Shown here piece by piece: positions 28,583 through 39,542 of a DNA stretch of 64,000 nt (position 1 is the stretch's first letter; every line of letters begins with the position of its first letter). Source of the DNA: an uncultured bacterium (lineage in GTDB: Bacteria; SAR324; NAC60-12); the NCBI GenBank assembly GCA_965662235.1, contig CBFIGY010000005.1, positions 46,019-110,018 of the forward strand, read 5' to 3'. The translations under genes and the position numbers were made by a program. The notes under the pieces were generated by a model. That model made no database searches. It had not been told where the DNA came from and saw only the letters and a list, made by a program, of their open reading frames with translations.

Positions 28583-29419
28583 ATGACTGTTCTATTGGAA
28601 ACCGCTCGTGAACGCCTGCGTCCTGCTCTTGAGGCAGGACACCTGCTGTGCCTGACAGGAGCCGGAGTGTCTGCTGAATCCGGCATTCCGACCTTCCGTG
28701 GGCAAAACGGCTTCTGGACGGTTGGCAGTGAGAACTATGCTCCCGAAGAGATCGCGACGCATTCCTTTTTCCTCCACAATCCCCTAGTCGCCTGGGACTG
28801 GTACCGCCACCGCTTTCAAAGGTGTCGAGACGCCGCTCCCAACGCGGGACACCAGGCGTTTGTGGACGCTGAGCAACGCCTCCGGGAGCGGTTTCACTTG
28901 GTCACTCAAAACATCGACCACCTGCACCGACGGGCAGGGAACACCGCAGAACAGACCATTGAGATCCATGGTTCCATCCGCTGGATGCGCTGTGTTCAGG
29001 CGACTCCGGACTTTGACGACACCGGCGACGGGTGTCCGGATGAGCTGGTGGAGGTTCCCTGGGACTTCCTCATGCAAAGCCCTGGGCTTGAGGGATTCCA
29101 GGACCCGTTGATGACGTGTGCCCACTGCGGGAACCTCATGCGTCCTCACGTTCTTTGGTTTGACGAGTACTACCAGAGCAGCAACCACTATCGACTGGAA
29201 GAGGCCTTGGACTGGCTGGGAGACGCCGATGCGCTCCTCATCGCTGGCTGCAGCGGCACCCTCTTTCTGGCCAATCACTTTGTTGACCTGGTGGCCCAGC
29301 GGACCCCTCTGATCATCATTGACCCGGAAGCCCACGAGTTTGTGGAGAAGGTGGTCAAGGCCGGGGGACTGTTTCTGCAGGGCACCAGTGCTGAATGGCT
29401 TCCTCCGTTGCTCAGCTGA
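28583..29419 (+). CDS. cobB: Sir2-family NAD-dependent protein deacylase
   Basis: TGAGVSAESGIPTFRG, TQNID.LH.RAG, EIHGSI, CAHCG..MRP.V.WF.E. Confidence 0.85.
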   Translation: MTVLLETARERLRPALEAGHLLCLTGAGVSAESGIPTFRGQNGFWTVGSENYAPEEIATHSFFLHNPLVAWDWYRHRFQRCRDAAPNAGHQAFVDAEQRLRERFHLVTQNIDHLHRRAGNTAEQTIEIHGSIRWMRCVQATPDFDDTGDGCPDELVEVPWDFLMQSPGLEGFQDPLMTCAHCGNLMRPHVLWFDEYYQSSNHYRLEEALDWLGDADALLIAGCSGTLFLANHFVDLVAQRTPLIIIDPEAHEFVEKVVKAGGLFLQGTSAEWLPPLLS

Positions 29420-29441
29420 AGGAGGAGGAAAGGAGCTTTCC

Positions 29442-30590
29442 ATGAAACCGGCCGTTTCTTCCGCAACAGACACCCCCTCTCACGACCAGGCCTACCGAGC
29501 TCTGCTGCGGATGATGCCCGACTTGGTGTTCCGCATGAGCGCCCAGGGAGACTTCCTTGAGGTCCTGACCCCAGATCACCCGGACCTGCTTGGAGCCGCT
29601 GGCGACATCGTCGGCAGCAACAAGTCCCAGTGGCTCAGCCGCGAGCACTGCGAGGCCTGGGACCAAGCGGCATCGGAGGCCCTGAAGACGGGCGAAATCT
29701 TCACCTACACCTACACCCTTGACGTGAGCGGCCAGCAACGCTGGTTTGAAGCCCGGATGCAGGCGGTCGGTGCCCATGAGTTGCTCACCACCGTCCGAAA
29801 CCTGACAGCCCTCCGGGAAGCACATGAACAGAAGCTCCGGCGGAGCAAGATGGAAGCGTTGGGAGAGATTGCCCAGCAGATTGCCCACCACATCAACACC
29901 CCCACGGCCACCATCATGCTTGCGCTCAAGGAACTGGAGCGCCTCAAGGCCACCCTCTCAGAAGACAACCAGCTCAGCCTGGAGAAGATCGAAGACGCGG
30001 CCCATCACATCAAAACCGTCATCGAAAAGGTCCTCCTGGTCTCCAGAGACACCAGTACCCAGTGGAACGAATCCGTCCCGCTCCGGGAGATCGTGGAGCA
30101 CAGCCTAGAACGCCTCCGCGATCCCTTTCCTGAAGTAGACGTCCTCTGGGAGGCTCCGGAGCAGGAACTGACGGTGGAGGGCAACCGGAAGATGATTCAG
30201 CAGGTCCTTTATCATGTGCTGAAGAACTCCTGCGAGGCGGCCCTGGAACTGGAAGATCCGGCCATCCGGATTGAGCTACAGGCGCTGGAGAAGGGCGTTC
30301 TTCTGAACTTTGAAGACAGCGGCATGGGGCTCTCGGCTCAGGTGCCTGATCATATCTTTGAGCCCTTCTTCTCCACCAAACCGGCCCGTGAAGGCGCCGG
30401 GCTCGGACTGACGGTGTGCCGGATGATCGTGGAGGAACACCAGGGCACCATTGAGGCCGACGACGACTCTCCCTACCTAGGAGGCACCACCATCAGCATC
30501 TACCTTCCCTACCGACGGATGCGGACCGACTTCGGCGTCACCACCTGGAAGATTCCGGGGCTGGATGAGGCATTGACAAACACGGAATAA
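29442..30590 (+). CDS. Cytoplasmic PAS-domain sensor histidine kinase (orphan)
   Basis: PAS (MPDLVFRM..G, WFEARM), H-box IAHHINTP, EDSGMG, IFEPFFSTK, GAGLGL. Confidence 0.85.
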   Translation: MKPAVSSATDTPSHDQAYRALLRMMPDLVFRMSAQGDFLEVLTPDHPDLLGAAGDIVGSNKSQWLSREHCEAWDQAASEALKTGEIFTYTYTLDVSGQQRWFEARMQAVGAHELLTTVRNLTALREAHEQKLRRSKMEALGEIAQQIAHHINTPTATIMLALKELERLKATLSEDNQLSLEKIEDAAHHIKTVIEKVLLVSRDTSTQWNESVPLREIVEHSLERLRDPFPEVDVLWEAPEQELTVEGNRKMIQQVLYHVLKNSCEAALELEDPAIRIELQALEKGVLLNFEDSGMGLSAQVPDHIFEPFFSTKPAREGAGLGLTVCRMIVEEHQGTIEADDDSPYLGGTTISIYLPYRRMRTDFGVTTWKIPGLDEALTNTE

Positions 30591-30609
30591 TCCGGAAAGC
30601 TGGAAAAAG

Positions 30610-30696
30610 CTTCGTTAGGGGTGGTGGTGCCACGGCACTGCCTGAGAGAACACCCTTGGAACCTGATCCGGATAATGCCGGCGCAGGAAAACGATG
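30610..30696 (+). ncRNA. TPP (thiamine pyrophosphate) riboswitch
   Basis: AGGGGTG...CTGAGA..ACACCCTTGGAACCTGATCCGGATAATGCCGGCGCAGGAA with P1 TCGTT/AACGA, directly upstream of thiB. Confidence 0.95.
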
Positions 30697-30830
30697 TTCC
30701 GCTTTGAGCCACACCGGCTTCTCTTCTGTTTCTCCGGAACCTTCCATCTTCTCTCCCATCGAAGCGTGATCCGAGCACCGAGGTTTTCGGTCTCTTCCTG
30801 ATGAATTCTGGTAAGCAAAGGAACACGCTG

Positions 30831-31841
30831 ATGTCCAAACACTTCTTCACGCGCTGGTGTGCTGGCGCCCTGCTGTCTCTTGCTGCGGCCTCTGCCTCAG
30901 CGCAGGACCTGGTGGTCTACACCTACGACTCCTTCAACACCGAGTGGGGGCCTGGCCCTGTGGTGTTCAAGGCCTTTGAGGAACAGTGCCAGTGCTCGGT
31001 TCAGGTGATCGCCCCCGGCGACTCCGGATCGGTGCTAAGCCGAGCCATTCTTGAAAAGAACAACCCCAAGGCCGACCTCCTCCTCGGGGTCAACGACAGC
31101 GAACTGGCCAAGTCCTTCCGCTACGACCTGTGGGAGCCCTACCGTTCGCCAAACCTCAACCGGGTTCCAGAAGCCCTGCAGCTGGATCCGGAGCACCGCG
31201 TCACGCCCTTTGACTACGGCTACATCGCCTTTGTGTACGATTCCGAGAAGCTTCCGGATCCACCGAAGAGCCTAGAAGACCTGACGGATCCACGCTTCCG
31301 GGGGAAGGTGGTGATCGAGAGTCCCAAGACTTCCTCACCCGGACTGTCGATGCTGCACTGGACCCTGGCCGTCTACGGAGAAGAAGGGTACCTCGACTAC
31401 TGGGACCGTCTCCGTCCGAACCTCCTCACCATCACGGACGGCTGGTCGGCCGCGTATGGCATGTTCACCAAAGGGGAGGCGCCTTTGGTTCTGAGTTACG
31501 TCACCAGTCCCGCGTATCATGTTGAGTTTGAAGAAACGGAACGCTACAAGGCCGTGGAGTTTCCGGAAGGCATGTACCGGCAGGTGGAACTGGCCGGCAT
31601 CCTCAAGGGAGCCCCTCACCTGAAGCGCGCCCAGGAGTTCATCGACTTCATGCTGACCGCATCGTTTCAAGACGCGCTGCCTCTGACCAACTGGATGTTC
31701 CCGGTGGCTCCGGAGCAGGCCCTTCCGGCGTCCTATCGGGTGGCTCCGGTTCCTGCCAAGACCCTGTCCTTGGATTCCGAACGCATTGAAGCGAACAACG
31801 AGCGTTGGCTCAAGGCGTGGTCCCGGACCATGGCCAAGTAG
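30831..31841 (+). CDS. thiB: Thiamine ABC transporter substrate-binding protein
   Basis: VYTYDSF.TEWGPGP, TSSPGL, GWSAAYGMFTKGEA..VLSY.TSPAYH, TNWMFP. Confidence 0.93.
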   Translation: MSKHFFTRWCAGALLSLAAASASAQDLVVYTYDSFNTEWGPGPVVFKAFEEQCQCSVQVIAPGDSGSVLSRAILEKNNPKADLLLGVNDSELAKSFRYDLWEPYRSPNLNRVPEALQLDPEHRVTPFDYGYIAFVYDSEKLPDPPKSLEDLTDPRFRGKVVIESPKTSSPGLSMLHWTLAVYGEEGYLDYWDRLRPNLLTITDGWSAAYGMFTKGEAPLVLSYVTSPAYHVEFEETERYKAVEFPEGMYRQVELAGILKGAPHLKRAQEFIDFMLTASFQDALPLTNWMFPVAPEQALPASYRVAPVPAKTLSLDSERIEANNERWLKAWSRTMAK

Positions 31842-31844
31842 CGT

Positions 31845-33512
31845 TTGAGCAGGCGACTTCCCGGGCTGCCCCTGCTGCTGAAGGGGGCAGCCGCTGTCAT
31901 GCTCCTTGGGGGCTTCTACCTCCCGATCCTCCTGTTTCTGGGCGGACGAGACCCGCTGCATCCGGAGCAGCCGATGCTCAACGGGGGCTTTCTGCTGGAG
32001 TTTCTGGCAGACCCCTGGAACCTCGGGGTGATCCGCTTTTCGCTGGAACAGGCCTTCTGGAGCGCCCTGCTGTCGGTGCTCTTTGGCCTTCCGGGCGCGT
32101 GGCTGCTGACGCGTTACGACTTCCCAGGACGTGAGGCGTTCAAGCGCTTCGCCTTTCTGCCCTTCCTCCTGCCTTCGATCCTGGTGGTGCTCGGAATGAT
32201 CCTCTTCTTTGGGAACCAGGGGTGGGTCAACCGGGGACTGATGACGCTGCTGGGGCAAGAGGAGCCTCCGATTCAGTTCCTCTATTCCCTCTCCGGGATT
32301 CTGCTGGGACACGTCTTCTACAACTTCCCCCTGGCCATGCGCCTGATTGGGGACCAGTGGGAGCGTGTTTCCGGACAGTATGGGCAGGCGGCTCGGATGC
32401 TGGGACAGCGACCCTGGCAGAACTTCTTCCGCATCACGTTGCCGCTTGTTTTTCCTTCAGTGGCTGGGGCGTTTGCCCTCATCTTCCTCCTCTGCCTCAA
32501 CAGCTTTGCCATCATTTTGGTGCTCGGGGGAGGAGTCCGGCACACCACGGTGGAGGTGCTGATCTACCAGCTTGCCCGGATTGACCTCGACTTCTCCGGA
32601 GCGGCTGTGCTTTCGCTGCTGCAGTCCGGACTGGCCTTGCTGACTCTGACGCTGTTGCTGCAGCGGCAGCAGCGTCCTGTTCGGCAGCAGGCGGTTCTGA
32701 AGCGTTGGCTTCCGGACGACCTGAAGCAGGGACGCTGGCCGGCGTGGGTGTTGCTCGGCTGGGCTGGGCTGGCGTTGGTGCTGGCAGCAGGTCCCCTCCT
32801 CTCCATTGTCCTGGATTCACTCTGGCAAGCCGAAGGGTTCTCCGGAGCCGCGTATCAGACGCTGTTTGCATGGCACGAGAACAACCGCTTCCTGGCAGCA
32901 CTGGGAAACTCCCTACGGATCGGCCTCACGGGCTCCCTGCTGGCGTCATTACTGGGAGCCGGGCTGCTGCTTTGGTTGGAAGACCTTCCACCCCGCTGGC
33001 GGGCCTGGCTGGAAGGCGGGGTGCTGCTGCCCATGGCCTTTTCCACAGTCGTGTTTGGCGTGGCCTGGTTTCACCTGAACCAGTCGTGGCTGCTTGGAGA
33101 GGGGTCGCTGTTTTGGATCGCGGCCTCCATGCACGCCCTTTTGGGGTGTCCGTACTGGCTGCGGCTGATGCTTCCGGTGTGGCGGGCCATTCCCCCCCAG
33201 TGGCGCAGCGAATCGCAGGTGCTCGGAATTCGTCCATGGACGTTTTGGCGAATCGTCCTCTGGCCTTGGCTCCGTCCGACGCTGCTGCTTGCGTTTGGGT
33301 TCGGATTTGCGCTTTCACTGGGCGAGCTGAACTCGATCCTGATGATTGCCGATGAGACAGTCCGGACTCTGCCGCTGGAGATCTATGCCGCCATCTCCGG
33401 GTATCGGTTTCAGCAAGCGTCAGCAGTGGGGGTGGTGCTGTTGGCGATGTCGGTGGGAGTCTTCTGGAGTGCCGAACGGCTGGCGATGCTACGAGGCGGA
33501 GACCGGACGTAG
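31845..33512 (+). CDS. thiP: Thiamine ABC transporter permease
   Basis: QA..SALLS, DFPGR, GILLGHVFYNFPLA.R, LGGG...TT.EV.IYQ, LSLGE. Follows thiB. Confidence 0.88.
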   Translation: MSRRLPGLPLLLKGAAAVMLLGGFYLPILLFLGGRDPLHPEQPMLNGGFLLEFLADPWNLGVIRFSLEQAFWSALLSVLFGLPGAWLLTRYDFPGREAFKRFAFLPFLLPSILVVLGMILFFGNQGWVNRGLMTLLGQEEPPIQFLYSLSGILLGHVFYNFPLAMRLIGDQWERVSGQYGQAARMLGQRPWQNFFRITLPLVFPSVAGAFALIFLLCLNSFAIILVLGGGVRHTTVEVLIYQLARIDLDFSGAAVLSLLQSGLALLTLTLLLQRQQRPVRQQAVLKRWLPDDLKQGRWPAWVLLGWAGLALVLAAGPLLSIVLDSLWQAEGFSGAAYQTLFAWHENNRFLAALGNSLRIGLTGSLLASLLGAGLLLWLEDLPPRWRAWLEGGVLLPMAFSTVVFGVAWFHLNQSWLLGEGSLFWIAASMHALLGCPYWLRLMLPVWRAIPPQWRSESQVLGIRPWTFWRIVLWPWLRPTLLLAFGFGFALSLGELNSILMIADETVRTLPLEIYAAISGYRFQQASAVGVVLLAMSVGVFWSAERLAMLRGGDRT

Positions 33513-34469
33513 GAACCAGCGGTGAAACTGGACCTCTGGCATGGCGTTCACTAGGCGAACCAGCACCCAAACCGCGACCAGACTGAAGAGCAGGCGCCCA
33601 ATGACGATTCCGACCCAGTCAGCGCCAATGAGGAGCATCAGCATGGTGTCCTCGAAGATGCTGTGAAACAGGCCCATCAGCGCCAACGAGAAGAACACGT
33701 CCCGCGGTGGAATGCGCCCGGTCTGGGCTTCACGGAGGATGAGGCCGCTTCCGTAGGAGATGCCGAGGGTGATGCCAATGACCGTCAGGTTAGTGGCTTC
33801 ACGACCCACCCCCAGTTGCGAGAGCAGAGGCGTGAGCAGGCGCTGCAGCAGGTGCGTGATGCGCAGTGCGTCGAGGATCCGCATCAGGATGACCAGCCCG
33901 ACCAAGATGACCATCACCCACCCAAGGTTCTGGATCTCTCCCCACGCCCACGTCAGCCAGCTTGAGCTGGGCGGTTCCGGGGTCCAGAGGAGCTGAGCGG
34001 TTTCCTGCAGCCAACCGCCCCACTGCAAAGTGTGGTGGAGGAGGATGCCATACAGCAGTGCCCCTCCCAGACGGATCACGCCCATTCCCCACATCCGGGG
34101 GCCAGCCTTGGCCACAATCTTCAGCTCAATCGGAAGCGAGTGGGCAATCAGCATCATTGAGCTGAGCACCGTCACCTGTGCAACGTTGAGCGGATCGGTG
34201 CTGACCAGGTTTGCAAAGACCACAATGCCCGTGTAAGGCCCCGAGAGGATCGTTGCCGCCCACACCAGCCCCATGCTTCCAGGAAGCCCCACCAGGTCCA
34301 TCAGCGGAAACAGCAACTGCCCCAACACCTCCACCATGCCAATCTCCTGCAGCACCTTCACCAGCAGGATGACCGGGATCATGATGCGGAAGAGGGGCAG
34401 GATGATCTGCACCGACTCCCGTAAGATGCCCATGCTCCAGGCAGCCGCGTTTTCAAGAGGACGCATCAT
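33489..34469 (-). CDS. Nucleoside-recognition (Gate) domain membrane protein
   Basis: PLMDLVGLP..MGLVWA, AHSLPIE, GITLGISYG.GL, HSIFEDT. Confidence 0.75.
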   Translation of the reverse strand: MMRPLENAAAWSMGILRESVQIILPLFRIMIPVILLVKVLQEIGMVEVLGQLLFPLMDLVGLPGSMGLVWAATILSGPYTGIVVFANLVSTDPLNVAQVTVLSSMMLIAHSLPIELKIVAKAGPRMWGMGVIRLGGALLYGILLHHTLQWGGWLQETAQLLWTPEPPSSSWLTWAWGEIQNLGWVMVILVGLVILMRILDALRITHLLQRLLTPLLSQLGVGREATNLTVIGITLGISYGSGLILREAQTGRIPPRDVFFSLALMGLFHSIFEDTMLMLLIGADWVGIVIGRLLFSLVAVWVLVRLVNAMPEVQFHRWFLRPVSAS

Positions 34470-35197
34470 CAGTAGGAGACGTCAAAGGGTTCAAGGGACT
34501 CGGGGACCGTGAAATCCGGGGGGCCTGCAGGCTCCTGCGTCCGTTCCGAGGACGTCAGCGCGAGGACAATGCGGTTCAGGCCAATCTCGTCCTCAATCCG
34601 GAGCCGACGGGGCAGCCCTTTGGGACCGTCGCTGTAGGCCAAGAAGTCCACCTGGTACTCCGGGAAGTCTTCCACAAACTTGGTGACCTGCTTCAAGCGC
34701 CCCTGCTCCCACATCACTTCGAACCGCAGGGTTCCATTTGTCAGCACCTGTGGCCCTGCTTCCTGCGGCGCGGGTGGTGGGGTTCCGGGGACTTCCGGCA
34801 GCTCGCCTCGGAGGAGGTGCTGCAGCTCCTGCAGGGTCAGGTCCAGCCCAATCCAGTCCCGCCGAGTGGCTTCGGTGTTGGGCCCCTCCCAGTAATACCC
34901 CTCCTGGTAGTTCAGGACCTGCAGACGAGCGTCGGTGCTGCGTAGCTCATAGAGGAGGCTGCCAATCATGGGAGCAAAGATGCGCAGACGCAGGGATCCG
35001 GTCTGGCGATCTGTGGCATCAGCCAGGGTCAGGTCCAACTCCCCGCTGTGCTTTTCCTCAAGGTGCTGCAGGAGGATGCGTCCGGAGGCACGGTGACCCG
35101 GAGTCGTCGCTGAAGAAGGAGAGGGAGGAGGGAGCGTGGACTGACACCCGATGAGGGCTAGGGTCAGTCCGACAAGCAGGAGGGGGAATCGTTTCAG
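34469..35197 (-). CDS. Lipoprotein, LolB/DUF4292-like (probable CTG start)
   Basis: Frame extends upstream of the supplied ORF to (M)KRFPLLLVGLTLALIGC, a lipobox. LRLRIFAPMIG and IGLDLT...L..LLRG are LolB-like. Confidence 0.65.
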   Translation of the reverse strand: MKRFPLLLVGLTLALIGCQSTLPPPSPSSATTPGHRASGRILLQHLEEKHSGELDLTLADATDRQTGSLRLRIFAPMIGSLLYELRSTDARLQVLNYQEGYYWEGPNTEATRRDWIGLDLTLQELQHLLRGELPEVPGTPPPAPQEAGPQVLTNGTLRFEVMWEQGRLKQVTKFVEDFPEYQVDFLAYSDGPKGLPRRLRIEDEIGLNRIVLALTSSERTQEPAGPPDFTVPESLEPFDVSY

Positions 35198-35295
35198 TGC
35201 GAATCCTTCATGAGGACTTTTTCCGCCACCAGGAACAGGCTGATGTAGATGGCCGCAATGACCGCGAAGTTCACAAGGATGTTGATTTCGTGCAT
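35194..35295 (-). CDS. Small single-TM membrane protein (33 aa)
   Basis: MHEINILVNFAVIAAIYISLFLVAEKVLMKDSH*. Its stop overlaps the downstream CTG. Confidence 0.5.
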   Translation of the reverse strand: MHEINILVNFAVIAAIYISLFLVAEKVLMKDSH

Positions 35296-35526
35296 AACCG
35301 GGATTGCAAATGGGTGATGACGTTTCCCTGGAGACACCTTACTTCCCGCCTCACAGGTCTCAAAGCTAGCAAGAAATTTACGGATTTCAGCCCCTTGAGT
35401 CAAGCCGTTTTCCAGACCACCGGATCCCTGCCGAGGCGCCTGGTGGTGATTCCCATGCTTGCACCAGAAAACCAATCGGTTTTATACTTTCAAAGCCTTT
35501 GTTGAACCCTCACCTGAGTTGAGCTC

Positions 35527-35979
35527 ATGAACACCCCCGCCCCTCCTCCGTCGCCGTGGCAGCGCTGGCGCCTCTTCATCATTGGGGGCGTGATCCTCCT
35601 CTTGGTCGGAGGGTGGATTTCCTTCAAACGGGTCCAGTTTCAGCGGGCTGAAGACGAGATCAGCAAGATTGAATTGCTGGATGTGCAGGTGGGGCTTGGG
35701 GAAGGCCGCGATGGCATCACCACCGGCATCTTCGGAACGCTTTTGCACAACGGCGAATACGCCGTCCGGGTGGCCAAACTGGAAGTGAGCTTCCTGGGAG
35801 ACAACGGGGAGGTGCTCGGCGTCAAAGACTTCTACCCCGTCAACCGTTACTCGCTTGAGTCCAAGCAGCGCCTGCAGCCCGGTGACGCCCGGGAGTTTGG
35901 CTTCAACCTCGACCCCTTTGCGCCAAAGGACTGGAACGGGCAGGTGGAGGTCAAGCTGACGGCCCTGGAACTTGAATAG
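35527..35979 (+). CDS. Membrane-anchored hypothetical protein (FxLYD/DUF3426-like Ig fold)
   Basis: N-terminal TM helix; G.L.HNG...V....L.V.FL..NG.VL and LQPGDAREF. Confidence 0.6.
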   Translation: MNTPAPPPSPWQRWRLFIIGGVILLLVGGWISFKRVQFQRAEDEISKIELLDVQVGLGEGRDGITTGIFGTLLHNGEYAVRVAKLEVSFLGDNGEVLGVKDFYPVNRYSLESKQRLQPGDAREFGFNLDPFAPKDWNGQVEVKLTALELE

Positions 35980-35989
35980 GAAGGAAATC

Positions 35990-37936
<1,947 letters not shown>

Positions 37937-37952
37937 AAGGGGCTTGCGACGT

Positions 37953-39377
37953 TTACGCAGCCTTGCGGGAAGCCTGGTTCTGGACCTGGACATTGGCATC
38001 CCGGAGTGCCGTCCGCAGTCCTTCTTCAATGACCGGGTGGTAAAACGGCATCTCGAGCATCTGTTCTAGGGTCATCTGCTGCTGATGCGCCCACGCCAAC
38101 AGGTGGCCCAGGTGCTCGGCCTGCGGCCCAAAGATTTCGGCTCCCAAGAACTGCCCGGTGGTGGCGTCTGCATACACATGCAGCAGCCCACGGTTCCGGA
38201 GCATCACCCGGCTTCGTCCCTGATTCTCAAAGGACACCTTGCCCACCACTGGGTGCTGCCCCTGCAGTTCCTGCCACGACGCGCCCACAATGGCAATCTG
38301 GGGGTCACAGAAGACCACACTGAGTTGAGAACGCCGCAGTCCCGGTTGAACGTCTGGGAAGCGTCCGGCGTTGGTGCCGGCGATCTTGCCTTCATCCGCC
38401 GCTTCATGCAGCAGCGGCAGGGAATGGTTCACGTCTCCGGCAATGAAGATGTGGCTGTCTCCGCACTGCATCGTCTGCGCGTTGAACACCGGCACCCCCC
38501 TCGCATCAAGTTCCAACCCTGAATTTTCCAAGGCGAGTCCCTTGACGTTGGGCTTGCGTCCCGTTGCGGCAAGAACGTACTCAAACTCCTCCTCCTGCTC
38601 GGTACCGGTCTGAGAGTCGGAAAACCGAACCCTCACACCAGCATCCGTCCGCTCCAACCCCAGCACCTTCGCGTCTGGATCCAGGGGAAACTCCGACTGA
38701 AACAACCGGGTGGCGTAGCCCTTGATCTCCGGATCGCTAAGGGGTCCCAAGAAGCCTCCCACGCCCAGCATCCGCACCTTGACTCCAAGACGGTGGAGCG
38801 CCTGACCGATCTCCAAGCCAATCACTCCGGGACCAAACACGGCCACGGACTTCGGAAGCTGTTCCCAGTTGAAGACGTCGTCATTGACAATGAGACGGTC
38901 GCCAGCCCCTTCAAACAGCGGAAGCACGTTGGGGGAGGAACCGGTGGCAATGATGATGCGTTTGGCCTTGATGCGGGTGTGGTCATCCACCTGCAGGGTG
39001 TGCGGATCAAGGAACCGAGCGTATCCGCGGAGGTGGTGCTCGGCAGGAATGTTTTCCACACTCTCCACAACGAACCCGACGAAGCGATCTCGCTCGCGAC
39101 GCACCCGGTCCATGACCTCCACTCCGTTCACCTCCGGTGCGGGGGCATGCACGCCAAATCCGTGGGCTCGCTCAATCTCGTGAACGGCTTCTGAGGCCGC
39201 AATCAGGAGCTTGCTGGGCATGCAGCCCACCCGAGCGCAGGTGGTGCCATAGGGGCCACCTTCAATCAAAACCACGCGGTCGGTGTGTGCCCGGACGGCC
39301 CGATACGCCGGCAGACCTGCGCTTCCGGCACCAATGATCGCGACATCAACTTCTTTCTGCAAAGGAAGTGTACTCAT
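37953..39377 (-). CDS. Flavoprotein disulfide reductase (dihydrolipoyl dehydrogenase-like, OxyR-linked subfamily)
   Basis: GAGSAG, GTTCARVGCMPSK, GPGVIGLE, PFYHPVIEEGLR. Confidence 0.88.
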   Translation of the reverse strand: MSTLPLQKEVDVAIIGAGSAGLPAYRAVRAHTDRVVLIEGGPYGTTCARVGCMPSKLLIAASEAVHEIERAHGFGVHAPAPEVNGVEVMDRVRRERDRFVGFVVESVENIPAEHHLRGYARFLDPHTLQVDDHTRIKAKRIIIATGSSPNVLPLFEGAGDRLIVNDDVFNWEQLPKSVAVFGPGVIGLEIGQALHRLGVKVRMLGVGGFLGPLSDPEIKGYATRLFQSEFPLDPDAKVLGLERTDAGVRVRFSDSQTGTEQEEEFEYVLAATGRKPNVKGLALENSGLELDARGVPVFNAQTMQCGDSHIFIAGDVNHSLPLLHEAADEGKIAGTNAGRFPDVQPGLRRSQLSVVFCDPQIAIVGASWQELQGQHPVVGKVSFENQGRSRVMLRNRGLLHVYADATTGQFLGAEIFGPQAEHLGHLLAWAHQQQMTLEQMLEMPFYHPVIEEGLRTALRDANVQVQNQASRKAA

Positions 39378-39476
39378 AAAACAACTCCTGATGTGAAAAT
39401 GGGGTGAGGCAAAATCGGCTGAAATTTGCCCTCAATTCTATGGAATCAAACTAAATCTCCCGGTCTGGATTGTCCA

Positions 39477-39513
39477 ATTGATTTTTTTGCCCATTTTGAT
39501 AGGTTTTAACGAT
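39477..39513. promoter_or_regulatory. Putative OxyR binding site in divergent intergenic region
   Basis: ATAG-N7-CGAT (39499-39513) with ATTG 22 nt upstream; partial match to the ATAG-N7-CTAT repeat. Confidence 0.45.
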
Positions 39514-39542
39514 GTCGAATTCAATTTCAATTTGGAACTTCA

